A stretch of DNA of 64,000 nucleotides from Bacillaceae bacterium (GCA_017656265.1 JACDOD010000007.1:66016-130015), one strand, 5' to 3'. Counted from the stretch's first letter, positions 42,870 through 52,439 are shown. Notes: generated by a model from the letters alone, not told the origin. Translations and numbers: made by a program.

Positions 42870-43106
42870 TGTATTTGGTGTCAAACAAAAAACTCCCTGT
42901 CTAAAAGTAGTTTGTGCATCATTTAACCGTTTAAACCTTTGATTACTCCCGTGAAGACCAAATCAATTCCTTATAGATTTAAAGACTTTCCTGAAATGTG
43001 AAAAATTATGTGAGAACGATAAACTCCAATGAAGACGGATGATCCAGTGTGAAAAACGATAAACTCTCGCAAAACAATAAAGGGAACGATGAAGAGAAAT
43101 AATGCT

Positions 43107-43147
43107 AAAAAAGTTCCGGTCATCAAATTGATGACCGGAACTTTTTT
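43107..43147. terminator. bidirectional terminator after the PCYCGC gene
   Basis: A6 tract, stem GTTCCGGTCATCA/TGATGACCGGAAC, then T6. It lies 32 nt downstream of the TAA at 43179. Confidence 0.8.
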
Positions 43148-43178
43148 ACTTATGGGAGTAAAATCCTGCCTTTCCTAC

Positions 43179-43673
43179 TTAAGGCATTGGGGTTGGAGTT
43201 GGATCTACGCCCAGGTCTTTATACTTTTCATCAATGGTTTTTCGAATCGTCTGCAAATCTTCTCCCTGTTCATACATGGTCACAGCCTCACGGGCTATGT
43301 TTACACAAATTCCTCAGCCAAAGCCCATGCTATCCAAATCGACTGTTCCATTTTGTTCTTGATCGACAAAACAGTCCCGGTTGCTTTCATGCCCCTGTTC
43401 GTAACATCCGCAGTAACAGGGCATAAATTCCAGCACTTCAGGATGATGAATCGCCATTTCATAGGCCTCGCGGATGTTTTCCGTACCTTCCTGGCTGAAA
43501 AATTCAGCTACATCAGGAGACCAGGCGTCTTCTTCCTTATTGTATTGTAACCCCTGTAAAGAGTGATCAACGTTTACGGAACCATCCCCAATAGTGTCAT
43601 TCGATTCATCCTGCGAACAGGCTGATAATAGCACCAGGAGGGTTCCTAAAAAGAGAAAATAGCGCTTAATCAT
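43179..43673 (-). pseudogene. PCYCGC-motif lipoprotein gene interrupted by an in-frame TGA (43314-43316)
   Basis: Lipobox LLSAC and the MPCYCGCYEQGH motif. The frame stops at TGA after ...DSMGFG, but the same frame stays open for 44 more codons (GICVNIAREAVTMYEQGEDLQTIRKTIDEKYKDLGVDPTPTPMP) and ends just before a strong terminator. Confidence 0.65.
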
Positions 43674-43752
43674 CATTTCACCTCATTAATCGCCTGTACT
43701 AATCCAAAGTTTATCATATATCCAGGCAGATTTCAGAGGAAATTTTTGAACA

Positions 43753-44136
43753 CTATTTGGCAGCATGAATGGCTCCGATTAATCGTTTTTCAATGTCCTC
43801 CGCTATTCCTTTTAATTCAGCGTCATCAACATGCTCCATTAATACAGTTGGTTTAGGCATTCCGATTTTATTCGTTCCCTGATCTTCATAAACAACAATT
43901 TTACATGGGAGAAAATAACTGACTAACGGCTGCAGAGAAAGTACCTCACTGGCTGCCTTCGGATTGCAGACTTCCAAAACACGGTAAGTATTTTGAAAAT
44001 CAAATCCTTTCTTATTTAATGTTTCTTTGATGTTAAAATCCCACAGAACGCCAAACTTTTCTTTTTGTAATTTCTCCTGAAGAGACGCAATGGCCTCATC
44101 AATGGTTTTATTCGTTTCGACTGTAAAATGAAACAT
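43753..44136 (-). CDS. DUF302 domain protein
   Basis: 127 aa, typical DUF302 sequence (FGVLWDFNIKETL...VLEVCNP). Confidence 0.85.
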   Translation of the reverse strand: MFHFTVETNKTIDEAIASLQEKLQKEKFGVLWDFNIKETLNKKGFDFQNTYRVLEVCNPKAASEVLSLQPLVSYFLPCKIVVYEDQGTNKIGMPKPTVLMEHVDDAELKGIAEDIEKRLIGAIHAAK

Positions 44137-44211
44137 TTCACCATACCTCCTATATTGATTTCACTTCCTATTATACCCATATTGGTATAAAAGTTAAAAT
44201 AATAACAAACC

Positions 44212-44232
44212 AAATCGTAATTATTCCTATTT
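44212..44232. promoter_or_regulatory. Zur box
   Basis: AAATCGTAATTATTCCTATTT versus consensus AAATCGTAATnATTACGATTT (18 of 21). It overlaps the -35 of the znuA promoter. Confidence 0.7.
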
Positions 44233-44258
44233 ACAAACCGGAATGTTTACGATATAAT
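44230..44258 (+). promoter_or_regulatory. znuA operon promoter
   Basis: TTTACA, 17 nt, TATAAT. Confidence 0.6.
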
Positions 44259-44285
44259 ACGTTTCGTACAAAGGAGGCGTACAAT

Positions 44286-45287
44286 ATGAAAAAAACAGCG
44301 TTAGTCATTATTTCTGCATTATTTCTTTTTTTAGCAGCATGCGGTACAAACGATAACGGGACTTCTGAATCAACAGACAGTGGTACACTTGAAATTTACA
44401 CAACGCTTTATCCGATTGAATTTTTAACTAAACAAATAACTGGAGACCATGCACACGTCACTTCCATTTTACCAGCAGGAGCCGATGCACATTCCTACGA
44501 ACCGACCGTTCAAACAATCGTAAACATAGCTGAAAGCAATGCTTTTATATTTATAGGTGAACAAATGGAATCTTATGCAGAATCAATTAAAGATACATTA
44601 AAAGAGGAAAACGTTTTGCTCATTTCGTTAGGTGCGTATGGTGAATTATTTGAAAACAGAGTCGACCATGGTCATCAAGAACCCGATGAGCAGCATGAAG
44701 AACATGCCGATACGGATGATGCCCATGCGGAAGAAAGTCATACCGAAGTTGAGCATCATCATGGGGATTTGGACCCTCACTTCTGGCTGGACCCAATCCG
44801 TATGATTGATGCAGGAAAAATAATTACAGAACAATTATCGAATGAATTTCCTGAATATGAACAAGAATTTCAGAAAAACTTTGAACAGCTTGAAAAAGAG
44901 CTAACACAATTGGATCAGCAATTTAGAGAACAGATGCAAACAAAAGAAGACAAAACGATTTTAGTAGCCCATGCAGCTTATGGATACTGGGAAGCACGCT
45001 ATGGAATTGAACAGTTGTCCATAAGGGGGCTGACATCATCCAATCAGCCATCTCAAAAAGAATTAGAGAACATTGCTCATGAAATCCAGGAGAAAAACCT
45101 GACCTATATGATTATGGAGCAAAATACAACAGATCGTCTGGCTGCCATTATTGCGAATGAGTTGAACCTGGAAACCATCTATCTTCATAATCTTTCATCA
45201 CTAACCGATGAAGATCTTGAGCAAAATAAAGACTATATGACGATTATGAATGAAAACCTGGAAGTTCTTGATCAGGCACTTCAATAA
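44286..45287 (+). CDS. znuA: zinc ABC transporter substrate-binding lipoprotein (ZnuA/AdcA type)
   Basis: Lipobox LAAC and a cluster-9 SBP with a His/Asp/Glu-rich loop (HGHQEPDEQHEEHADTDDAHAEESHTEVEHHHGD). Confidence 0.9.
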   Translation: MKKTALVIISALFLFLAACGTNDNGTSESTDSGTLEIYTTLYPIEFLTKQITGDHAHVTSILPAGADAHSYEPTVQTIVNIAESNAFIFIGEQMESYAESIKDTLKEENVLLISLGAYGELFENRVDHGHQEPDEQHEEHADTDDAHAEESHTEVEHHHGDLDPHFWLDPIRMIDAGKIITEQLSNEFPEYEQEFQKNFEQLEKELTQLDQQFREQMQTKEDKTILVAHAAYGYWEARYGIEQLSIRGLTSSNQPSQKELENIAHEIQEKNLTYMIMEQNTTDRLAAIIANELNLETIYLHNLSSLTDEDLEQNKDYMTIMNENLEVLDQALQ

Positions 45288-45300
45288 GGAGGCCGCCAAA

Positions 45301-46056
45301 ATGGCAAATCCAATTTTAAAGATTGATCATTTATCTTTTAAATATGAGGATCAAATGGTTTTAAAAGATGTCGACATCACCATTGAAAAAGGAGAATTCA
45401 CTGGTCTGATTGGACCTAATGGCTCAGGAAAGACAACGCTGGTCAAACTCATTCTGGGCCTTGAAAAAATTCAATCAGGTCAGATTCATTTATTTGGAAC
45501 ACCCATTCAAAAATTTAAACAATGGCAAAAAATCGGCTTTGTATCCCAGAAAGCCAATACATTTAATAGGGGATTCCCTGCTACGGTTTATGAAACCGTA
45601 GCTATGGGACTGACCGGTAAACTGGGGTATTTCCGCTTTCTGAGGCGAAAGGATAAAAAGAAGGTTTTTGATTCCCTTGCTAAAGTAGGCATGGAAGCGT
45701 TCGCTTCGCACAATATCGGCGACCTGTCAGGGGGACAGCAGCAGCGTGCCTTTATTGCAAGAGCTCTTGTTAGCAATCCGGAATTTTTAATTCTTGATGA
45801 GCCGACGGTGGGTGTGGATACTGATAATGTTGGGCGCTTTTATGAAATGCTGAAAGAATTGAATCAGCATCAGGGAATTACGCTGCTGTTAATTTCCCAT
45901 GATATCGGGTCCATTACGACCCATGTTACGGATTTACTTTGCTTAAACAAGACCGTTCATTATCATGGGAACCCTAATGACTACCAGAAAATGTCCGATG
46001 AAGAACGATCACAGTTTTATGGCCATTCCATGAATACCGTAACACACAACCATTAA
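45301..46056 (+). CDS. znuC: zinc ABC transporter ATP-binding protein
   Basis: Walker A GPNGSGKTT and LSGGQQQR. Start at ATG 45301 after AAGGAGG. Confidence 0.92.
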   Translation: MANPILKIDHLSFKYEDQMVLKDVDITIEKGEFTGLIGPNGSGKTTLVKLILGLEKIQSGQIHLFGTPIQKFKQWQKIGFVSQKANTFNRGFPATVYETVAMGLTGKLGYFRFLRRKDKKKVFDSLAKVGMEAFASHNIGDLSGGQQQRAFIARALVSNPEFLILDEPTVGVDTDNVGRFYEMLKELNQHQGITLLLISHDIGSITTHVTDLLCLNKTVHYHGNPNDYQKMSDEERSQFYGHSMNTVTHNH

Positions 46057-46070
46057 CAGGAGGACCAGCC

Positions 46071-46916
46071 ATGATTGAAACATTTTTAGAATTTCCCTTT
46101 CTGCGAAACACCTTATTCACCGGACTTCTGATCGGACTCATCGCACCATTGCTCGGAACATTTATTGTAGTTCGACGTTTGTCTTTCATTGCGGATGGTC
46201 TTTCCCACGTTACCCTTTCTGGAGTAGCTTTCGGTTTATTTCTGCAAAAAAAATATGCCCTGATGCTGGTATCACCCTTTTATACCGGAATTGTTTTTAC
46301 CATCTTAGGTGCCATTGTGATTGAATATTTGCGCGGCGTTTACAAAGCCTTTCAGGAGATAGCTATTCCGATTATTTTGTCTGTGGGTGTTGGATTAAGT
46401 GTGATATTTATTTCTCTGGCGAACGGGTTTAACACCAACTTAATCGATTATCTTTTTGGCTCTGTATCAGCTGTCAGCAAAAGTGATCTGTATATCATCC
46501 TATCGATCTCTGTCATAGTCGTCACTATTGTCGTATTCTTTTATAAAGAACTGTTCGCCCTTGCATTTGATGAAGAATTTGCCCATGCATCAGGTATTCG
46601 AACCAGAACGATTCACCTTCTCTTCATTGTGTTAACGGCCATGGTCATCTCAGCCTCTATCCGTATTGTCGGGGTACTGCTTGTGTCTGCCTTGATGACT
46701 TTGCCCGTGGCAGCCAGCATCCGAATTGCCCGAAGCTTTAAACAAGCGATATTTTATAGTATTATTTTTGGTGAGACAGCTGTTATTATTGGATTAATCA
46801 GCGGATACTACCTGGAGATTCCCCCGGGCGGTACCATTGTAATGACGGAGGCTCTTATACTTCTGGGCACCATTATGCTTAAAAAGCATGTTCACTTTCT
46901 GAAAACTAAAGGGTGA
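46071..46916 (+). CDS. znuB: zinc ABC transporter permease
   Basis: 281 aa, ABC-3 family permease. Confidence 0.92.
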   Translation: MIETFLEFPFLRNTLFTGLLIGLIAPLLGTFIVVRRLSFIADGLSHVTLSGVAFGLFLQKKYALMLVSPFYTGIVFTILGAIVIEYLRGVYKAFQEIAIPIILSVGVGLSVIFISLANGFNTNLIDYLFGSVSAVSKSDLYIILSISVIVVTIVVFFYKELFALAFDEEFAHASGIRTRTIHLLFIVLTAMVISASIRIVGVLLVSALMTLPVAASIRIARSFKQAIFYSIIFGETAVIIGLISGYYLEIPPGGTIVMTEALILLGTIMLKKHVHFLKTKG

Positions 46917-46922
46917 TTTAAA

Positions 46923-47339
46923 ATGGGAAAGAAAGTAAAAGAAGCTTTGAAAAAATTAAAAAATCACGGGTATAAATACACCGATAAACGGGAAGACATG
47001 CTCAATTATTTTGGTGAATATGACGGTTATCGCACAGCCAGTGATGTTCAGGCGTTTATGAAGGAAAAATACACCGGAATCAGCTTTGATACCATATACC
47101 GCAATCTCCACCTTTTTCATGAGCTTGGAATTCTGGAATCTACTGAATTGGACGGAGAAAAACATTTCCGCATGAGGTGCGATACGTCGAAACATCATCA
47201 CCATCTCATCTGCAAAGAATGCGGCAAAACCCGTGAGATAGAATTGTGCCCAATGGAATATATAGAGAAAGAGTTAAAAGGTTTTCGGATCGATGATCAT
47301 AAATTTGAAATATACGGCGTCTGTTATGATTGTCAATAA
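46923..47339 (+). CDS. zur: Fur-family zinc uptake regulator
   Basis: Fur fold with HHHLICKECG...CYDC. Co-transcribed with znuACB. Confidence 0.88.
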   Translation: MGKKVKEALKKLKNHGYKYTDKREDMLNYFGEYDGYRTASDVQAFMKEKYTGISFDTIYRNLHLFHELGILESTELDGEKHFRMRCDTSKHHHHLICKECGKTREIELCPMEYIEKELKGFRIDDHKFEIYGVCYDCQ

Positions 47340-47342
47340 ATC

Positions 47343-47392
47343 AAAGAGGGTGTTTTCCGGGCAGAAAAATGAACCTGGAAACACCCTCTTTT
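47343..47392. terminator. bidirectional terminator
   Basis: AAAGAGGGTGTTTCC...GGAAACACCCTCTTT, between convergent zur and the GGDEF-EAL gene. Confidence 0.75.
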
Positions 47393-47396
47393 TACG

Positions 47397-49691
47397 TCAG
47401 GCATCGGTATGATTCATGATCTCCTTATTGATTTCATCTCTTGGAACGGGTTTGCTGAAATAATACCCCTGCCCGATGCTGCATCCAGCATGCTTTAAAT
47501 ATTCCTTTTGACTTTCCGTTTCAATTCCTTCTCCAACTGCTTCAAGCTGACACAGAGAGGCTAAATGCAAAATGGCATCCACCATACTTGCATCTTCCTC
47601 AATCTGGCTGATAAACGTGCGGTCTATCTTGATATAATCGATAGGCAATTCTTTCAAATATTTTAATGAACTGTAGCCTGTCCCAAAGTCATCAATGCTA
47701 ATTTTAAAACCCAATTCCTGAAGCTGTTTGAGTTTTTCCATACTTTGACCAATATCCATTGCAACTGACTCAGTTATTTCTATATGAATCCGGTCATTAG
47801 ATACCTGGTATTCTTTCAGGATATCTGTAAATTCTTTCACGAGATTTTCATGAAAAAATTGTTTCGCCGACAAATTTATGGAGATGGAAGGTATATCCAT
47901 ATGATGTTCTTTCCAGTACAAAATATCTTCACATACTTTTTTCAGCACAAAATTCGTAAGAGGAACGATCAAGCCGGTTTCCTCGGCAATAGGGATAAAG
48001 ATTTCCGGTGAAACAAACCCTTTTTCGGGATGTTTCCATCTTAATAAAGCTTCTACACCCCAGAGTTCTCCAGTATCCAGTTTGATCTGCGGCTGATAAT
48101 AGACCATCAGTTCTTCTTCCCGAATGGCCTGATGAAGCTCATATTCAAAGTCAAATTGGTCAACGTCCTCATTCATGGAATCATCAAAAAATCGAAAAGC
48201 ATTTCGTTCCTTTTTAGCTCTTGTCACTGCCAGATTTGCGTTTTTCTCGAGTTCTTCAAGTTCCTGGCCATCATGCGGATAAACCGAAATTCCCATTGAT
48301 ATGGTCAGATGAATCGGCTGATTTTTGATCATAAAGGGTTCAGTAAACTGGTCAAAAATCTCCCTGGCCATGTTTTGTACATTCTTCTCATCTTTGACAT
48401 TTTGCAGAAACACAGCAAATTCATCACCCTTTAATCGTCCCACAATCCCCCTCTTATCAAGAGATTGCTTTAACCGCTGTGCTACCTCCCGTACCACCTG
48501 GTCCCCAAAATAGATCCCATATTTATCATTAATCAGCTGAAAACGATCTAGATCAATAAATAAAAAGGCACATGATTCTTCAGGATATCTTTCAAGATAA
48601 TCTCTGACCTCTTCATGAAATATATCATAATTATATAGTCCAGTGTTGAGATCAAACTTTCTCAAATACTCAATATGACGCTGAGCCTGATAATGTTCAG
48701 TTATATCACTAAAAATCATTTGAATTCCATTCAGCTCACCATTTTGTTTATGTAGCGGAGAAAAGGACATTTCCAGAATTCGTTTTTCACCATCTGGAAT
48801 GTGTGTATCCAGTTCACAGCGAAATCCCTTATAAAGCTGATAAGGGTCTTCTGAATGTTGGCGGAGCTCCTGGTCCACTCCCGGGATAACCTCTTTAATT
48901 TTGCGCCCGATAGCCTGTTCCTTGGAATAATGCAAAATCTGCTCAGCTTTTTGATTATAAAATTGAACGTATCCATTACGGTTGCATACGACAATGGCCA
49001 GCGGAGAATGCTCTACGATGGAATGAAGCTGATCTTTTGTTTCAAAGAGAGCTTTTTCCTTTTCTTTTAGCTCTGTCAGATCCATAAAAATTCCAAAATA
49101 GTAAAGTACTTCTCCTTCTTGATTCTGAATCTGATGAACAGTTAAATATTCTGGAGTTTCTATTCCTTCTTTATTCAGGGTTACAATTTCCCCCTGCCAT
49201 TTTCCCTTTCTAATAACGGTCCGGGCTATTTCTCGAAAGGGCACATCAGTCTGCTGCACATGTTTTACCCGATAATACCTCTTTCCTATCAATTCTTCCT
49301 GTTTAAAGCCGGTCATTCGTGCAAAGCTTTCATTCACTTTCAATATTCGTCCTTTAGCGTCTGCAATGACCAGCCCTTGAGGGATTCTGGCAAAAACCTC
49401 ATTCGATAAATGCCGTTCTTCTTCATTTTCCTTTATCTCGTTATAAAAAGTTATGGTCTGGCTGTTTTCCCTTTTTAAATAAAAATAAAATAAAGCCGAT
49501 GTAATGATAATAAACAGATATCCTTTTATTGTCTGAAAGAACGTAAGATGATCCGGATCATCAAGCATAAGATTTAAAATAAAATCAGATGTGGAAATCC
49601 ATAACAGACTTATGGCAAAATAGAATAATGTAAATTTCCAGGGAAAATGACGGCTTCTCGTTATTTTTTTCTCTAGCCCTTTATTCAGCAT
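47397..49691 (-). CDS. membrane-anchored PAS-PAS-GGDEF-EAL signalling protein
   Basis: N-terminal TM helices and two PAS domains. The GGDEF domain has the variant site RLKGDEF. The EAL domain is intact (EALLRW, DDFGTGYSSL). Confidence 0.9.
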   Translation of the reverse strand: MLNKGLEKKITRSRHFPWKFTLFYFAISLLWISTSDFILNLMLDDPDHLTFFQTIKGYLFIIITSALFYFYLKRENSQTITFYNEIKENEEERHLSNEVFARIPQGLVIADAKGRILKVNESFARMTGFKQEELIGKRYYRVKHVQQTDVPFREIARTVIRKGKWQGEIVTLNKEGIETPEYLTVHQIQNQEGEVLYYFGIFMDLTELKEKEKALFETKDQLHSIVEHSPLAIVVCNRNGYVQFYNQKAEQILHYSKEQAIGRKIKEVIPGVDQELRQHSEDPYQLYKGFRCELDTHIPDGEKRILEMSFSPLHKQNGELNGIQMIFSDITEHYQAQRHIEYLRKFDLNTGLYNYDIFHEEVRDYLERYPEESCAFLFIDLDRFQLINDKYGIYFGDQVVREVAQRLKQSLDKRGIVGRLKGDEFAVFLQNVKDEKNVQNMAREIFDQFTEPFMIKNQPIHLTISMGISVYPHDGQELEELEKNANLAVTRAKKERNAFRFFDDSMNEDVDQFDFEYELHQAIREEELMVYYQPQIKLDTGELWGVEALLRWKHPEKGFVSPEIFIPIAEETGLIVPLTNFVLKKVCEDILYWKEHHMDIPSISINLSAKQFFHENLVKEFTDILKEYQVSNDRIHIEITESVAMDIGQSMEKLKQLQELGFKISIDDFGTGYSSLKYLKELPIDYIKIDRTFISQIEEDASMVDAILHLASLCQLEAVGEGIETESQKEYLKHAGCSIGQGYYFSKPVPRDEINKEIMNHTDA

Positions 49692-49784
49692 GACGAAGGT
49701 CCTCCTATGTGTAAATCCCTACATTTACATACATTATATAGCAAATTTTTAAAAATTTCGAAATTTTTTAGGAAGTGTTGCCGA

Positions 49785-50165
49785 ATGAAGCAAAAAGTTT
49801 GGATTTGGCTTGCATTAGGCGGGGCTATTGGATCATTGCTCCGCTATGGGGTAAGTGTGATCATTCCCGATACAGGCGGTTTTCCGTATCCAACCATGAC
49901 TGTTAACTTAATTGGCTGCTTTCTCTTACCCTTTATCATCAATGGAAATTGGCTGACACCTCATCTTCGAAAAATTGTCGGTACAGGAGTCATTGGCTCA
50001 TTTACGACTTTTTCTACTTTTTCTGTCGAAAGCATCCATTTAATCACAAGTGGGCATCTGAGATTTTTTCTGACCTATACGGGAATCAGTATATTTGCAG
50101 GTATCTGCCTGAGCGCCTTTGGCTTCTGGATCAGCAGCCATTGGAACGAAAAACAAGTGGAGTAG
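49785..50165 (+). CDS. crcB: fluoride channel CrcB/Fluc subunit
   Basis: GGAIGSLLRY...GSFTTFSTF motifs. Start at ATG 49785. Confidence 0.88.
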   Translation: MKQKVWIWLALGGAIGSLLRYGVSVIIPDTGGFPYPTMTVNLIGCFLLPFIINGNWLTPHLRKIVGTGVIGSFTTFSTFSVESIHLITSGHLRFFLTYTGISIFAGICLSAFGFWISSHWNEKQVE

Positions 50166-50177
50166 GAGGAAAAGAAT

Positions 50178-50525
50178 ATGATTTTGTCCATTGCGGTTGG
50201 AGGGGGACTGGGTGCACTGGCCCGATTTTATTTATCCAGCTGGCTGAACTCAAAAATTTTTCCCCTGGGAACCTGGATTGCCAACATCAGCGGTTCCATT
50301 CTGTTAGGCTTATTGATGGTCACCTATCTGAAAGGTATACTGACTGAGGGATGGTGGGGATTTTTAGGAGTAGGATTCTGCGGCGCCTATACAACTTTCT
50401 CTACATTTGGACTGGAAACGGTACAGATGATTGCGGATAACCAGTGGGCAAAAGCCATCAGCTATGTGGCCAGCACTGTTCTGATTTCATTCCTTTTTGC
50501 AGCTCTGATCCTGCTGTTTATTTAA
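50178..50525 (+). CDS. crcB: fluoride channel CrcB/Fluc subunit (second paralogue)
   Basis: GGGLGALARF...GAYTTFSTF motifs. Forms a tandem pair, as in Bacillus. Confidence 0.9.
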   Translation: MILSIAVGGGLGALARFYLSSWLNSKIFPLGTWIANISGSILLGLLMVTYLKGILTEGWWGFLGVGFCGAYTTFSTFGLETVQMIADNQWAKAISYVASTVLISFLFAALILLFI

Positions 50526-50627
50526 TCTCCATTCAAAAAACAACCCTGTTATTTCCAGCATATTTTAGCTGATATTTATCAAAATAATTATTGCATAAAA
50601 TCAGGGCTGGAAGAGGGTTGAAGAGAA

Positions 50628-51209
50628 ATGAGAAGCTATTTGATTAAAATCTGGAATGTTTTTGATCCTGTTTATTATCATATGACACGCTTGACATATC
50701 CCGTCATGAAGGAAAAAGAAAAAAACAATGTATTCCGTGTGCGATTAACCCGTTACAAAGGAAAAAATGTAACTCTATCCGACGGTACCCATATCAAAAA
50801 AAATGACCTGCTTGTAAAAGTCCATCTGCATAACGTTCGACTCCTCAGTGAACTACAAAACATTGACAATGATGTGAGAAGGGGAATCATTATTCATCAG
50901 CTCGTCAAACAGTCCCTTCCCGGAGTGGCTGACTATATCTGCAAACACCGCCGTTGTAAGGAAATTAAAGGCATAATAGGGATTACGATGCTTTCCAAAG
51001 GAATAAAACGACTTGGATTTGAAGCCCATTCCATTGAGCATCCCCTTTATAAATGGCTGAAAAACACCGCTCTAATTCCAATTTATGTTCTTTCCTTAAG
51101 CAAACCGTCCATTGAAAGTATTAAAAAATGCCCTGACCCTAAATATTTATTTATGTCAAAGGACAAGTTAATAGATAGATACCAGCAAGATACGAAAACT
51201 TCGGTATGA
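50628..51209 (+). CDS. ykoP: YkoP-like protein
   Basis: 193 aa. The FRVRLTRYKGKNVTLSDGTHIKKNDLLVKVHLHNV segment resembles my recollection of B. subtilis YkoP. It lies adjacent to a YkoN-like glycosyltransferase. Confidence 0.5.
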   Translation: MRSYLIKIWNVFDPVYYHMTRLTYPVMKEKEKNNVFRVRLTRYKGKNVTLSDGTHIKKNDLLVKVHLHNVRLLSELQNIDNDVRRGIIIHQLVKQSLPGVADYICKHRRCKEIKGIIGITMLSKGIKRLGFEAHSIEHPLYKWLKNTALIPIYVLSLSKPSIESIKKCPDPKYLFMSKDKLIDRYQQDTKTSV

Positions 51210-51249
51210 ATACTAGTTTCTTTTTCTAAATGGATAGGAGCAAATCTTG

Positions 51250-52359
51250 ATGAAAAAGGTTCTTTTTCTCCCTTTTTTACAGATTCCATCTGGACATCAC
51301 CAGGTTGCGGATTCATTGAAGGAAGGCCTCAAAAAAATTGACCCTGACGTTCAATGTGAGAAGGTAGATATTTTTCACTACCGTTCTAGGTGGATGCAGA
51401 GTTTAAGTTCTTATACGTATCTAAAGTGGATCCGTTATTTTCCAAATTTTTACAGTTGGCTTTATCACCAATCCGTCTACACCAATCCTGAGGATGACAG
51501 ACGCTACCGCCATTACGAATTATTATTCTTAAAAGCTATGAAGCGGCTGATTGACGAACAGAAGCCTGACCTGCTGATATGTACACACGCGCTGCCTTCT
51601 TATATGATTAGCCGTCTGAAAGAAAATCAGTTAATTGATACGCCTGCTATTAATGTTTATACAGACTACTTTATTCATCAACTGTGGGGAATCAGCGGGA
51701 TTGATTTTCACTTTGTCCCTTCCATTAACAATAAACAGTTTTTGCTGGATAAGGGCGTTCACCCAGCCAAAATATTCGTTACCGGAATTCCCGTTCATCA
51801 CAAAATTACAAAGAAGCATGAATATAAATTCATCAAAAAATATCCAGAAAACATCATCATAACCGGGGGAAACCTTGGGGTAGGCGTGATTGATCAGCTG
51901 ATTAAAGCTTTTAATGGTCAATCCCCTTTTCATTATTATGTCCTGTGCGGGAAAAACACGAAATTATATCATAACCTATCCCGCCGGAAGGGTAATTTTA
52001 CCCCCCTTCCCTATATCAGCAGCCGTGACAAAATGAATGACATTTATGAGCACAGTGATGCCATCATAACCAAGCCAGGCGGCGTAACCATCAGTGAAAG
52101 CTTAATGAAACGTCTCCCCATCTTCGTTTATCATGCACTGCCGGGTCAGGAAGAAATAAACCTGAAACAATTATCTAACCTGGGGGTCGTCCACCCCCTC
52201 CACGAAGCCGATTCATATGACAAGCTTGAAGAGCGGATAATCGCCTTTTTTTCCTGCAGCAAGAGAAAAGGCAAGTACAAACAGCATGTTGATCAGTATC
52301 ATGAGCAAATGATCCATACAGAACCTCCCCAGCTGATTTATCAATTAATGTACAATTAA
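51250..52359 (+). CDS. ykoN: MGDG-synthase-family glycosyltransferase (YkoN/UgtP-like)
   Basis: N-terminal SGHHQVA motif and a GT28-type C-terminal domain (TKPGGVTISES). Confidence 0.8.
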   Translation: MKKVLFLPFLQIPSGHHQVADSLKEGLKKIDPDVQCEKVDIFHYRSRWMQSLSSYTYLKWIRYFPNFYSWLYHQSVYTNPEDDRRYRHYELLFLKAMKRLIDEQKPDLLICTHALPSYMISRLKENQLIDTPAINVYTDYFIHQLWGISGIDFHFVPSINNKQFLLDKGVHPAKIFVTGIPVHHKITKKHEYKFIKKYPENIIITGGNLGVGVIDQLIKAFNGQSPFHYYVLCGKNTKLYHNLSRRKGNFTPLPYISSRDKMNDIYEHSDAIITKPGGVTISESLMKRLPIFVYHALPGQEEINLKQLSNLGVVHPLHEADSYDKLEERIIAFFSCSKRKGKYKQHVDQYHEQMIHTEPPQLIYQLMYN

Positions 52360-52364
52360 AAACG

Positions 52365-52408
52365 AAACCCGCAACTTAGGCTGGATGGCCTCTATCTGCG
52401 GGTTTTTT
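52365..52408. terminator. bidirectional terminator
   Basis: AAACCCGCA...TGCGGGTTT followed by T6. Confidence 0.65.
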
Positions 52409-52439
52409 GCTCTCTTTCGACACAGCGTTACATATAAAT

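Noticed and set aside
43005-43100. Direct repeats GAACGATAAACTCC / AAACGATAAACTCT / GGAACGATGAAGAG, and TGTGAAAAA twice, upstream of csoR.
   Set aside because: They are short and degenerate with irregular spacing (41 and 30 nt). They lie about 170-245 nt from the csoR start, and no associated regulator could be identified. This is not enough to call a binding-site array.
49692-49784. Looked for a fluoride (crcB-motif) riboswitch upstream of the crcB pair.
   Set aside because: The 93-nt leader is AT-rich, and I could not see the conserved GGCGATG...CCGCC...GATGA-type blocks of the crcB motif. The call is by eye only, and a covariance-model scan would settle it.
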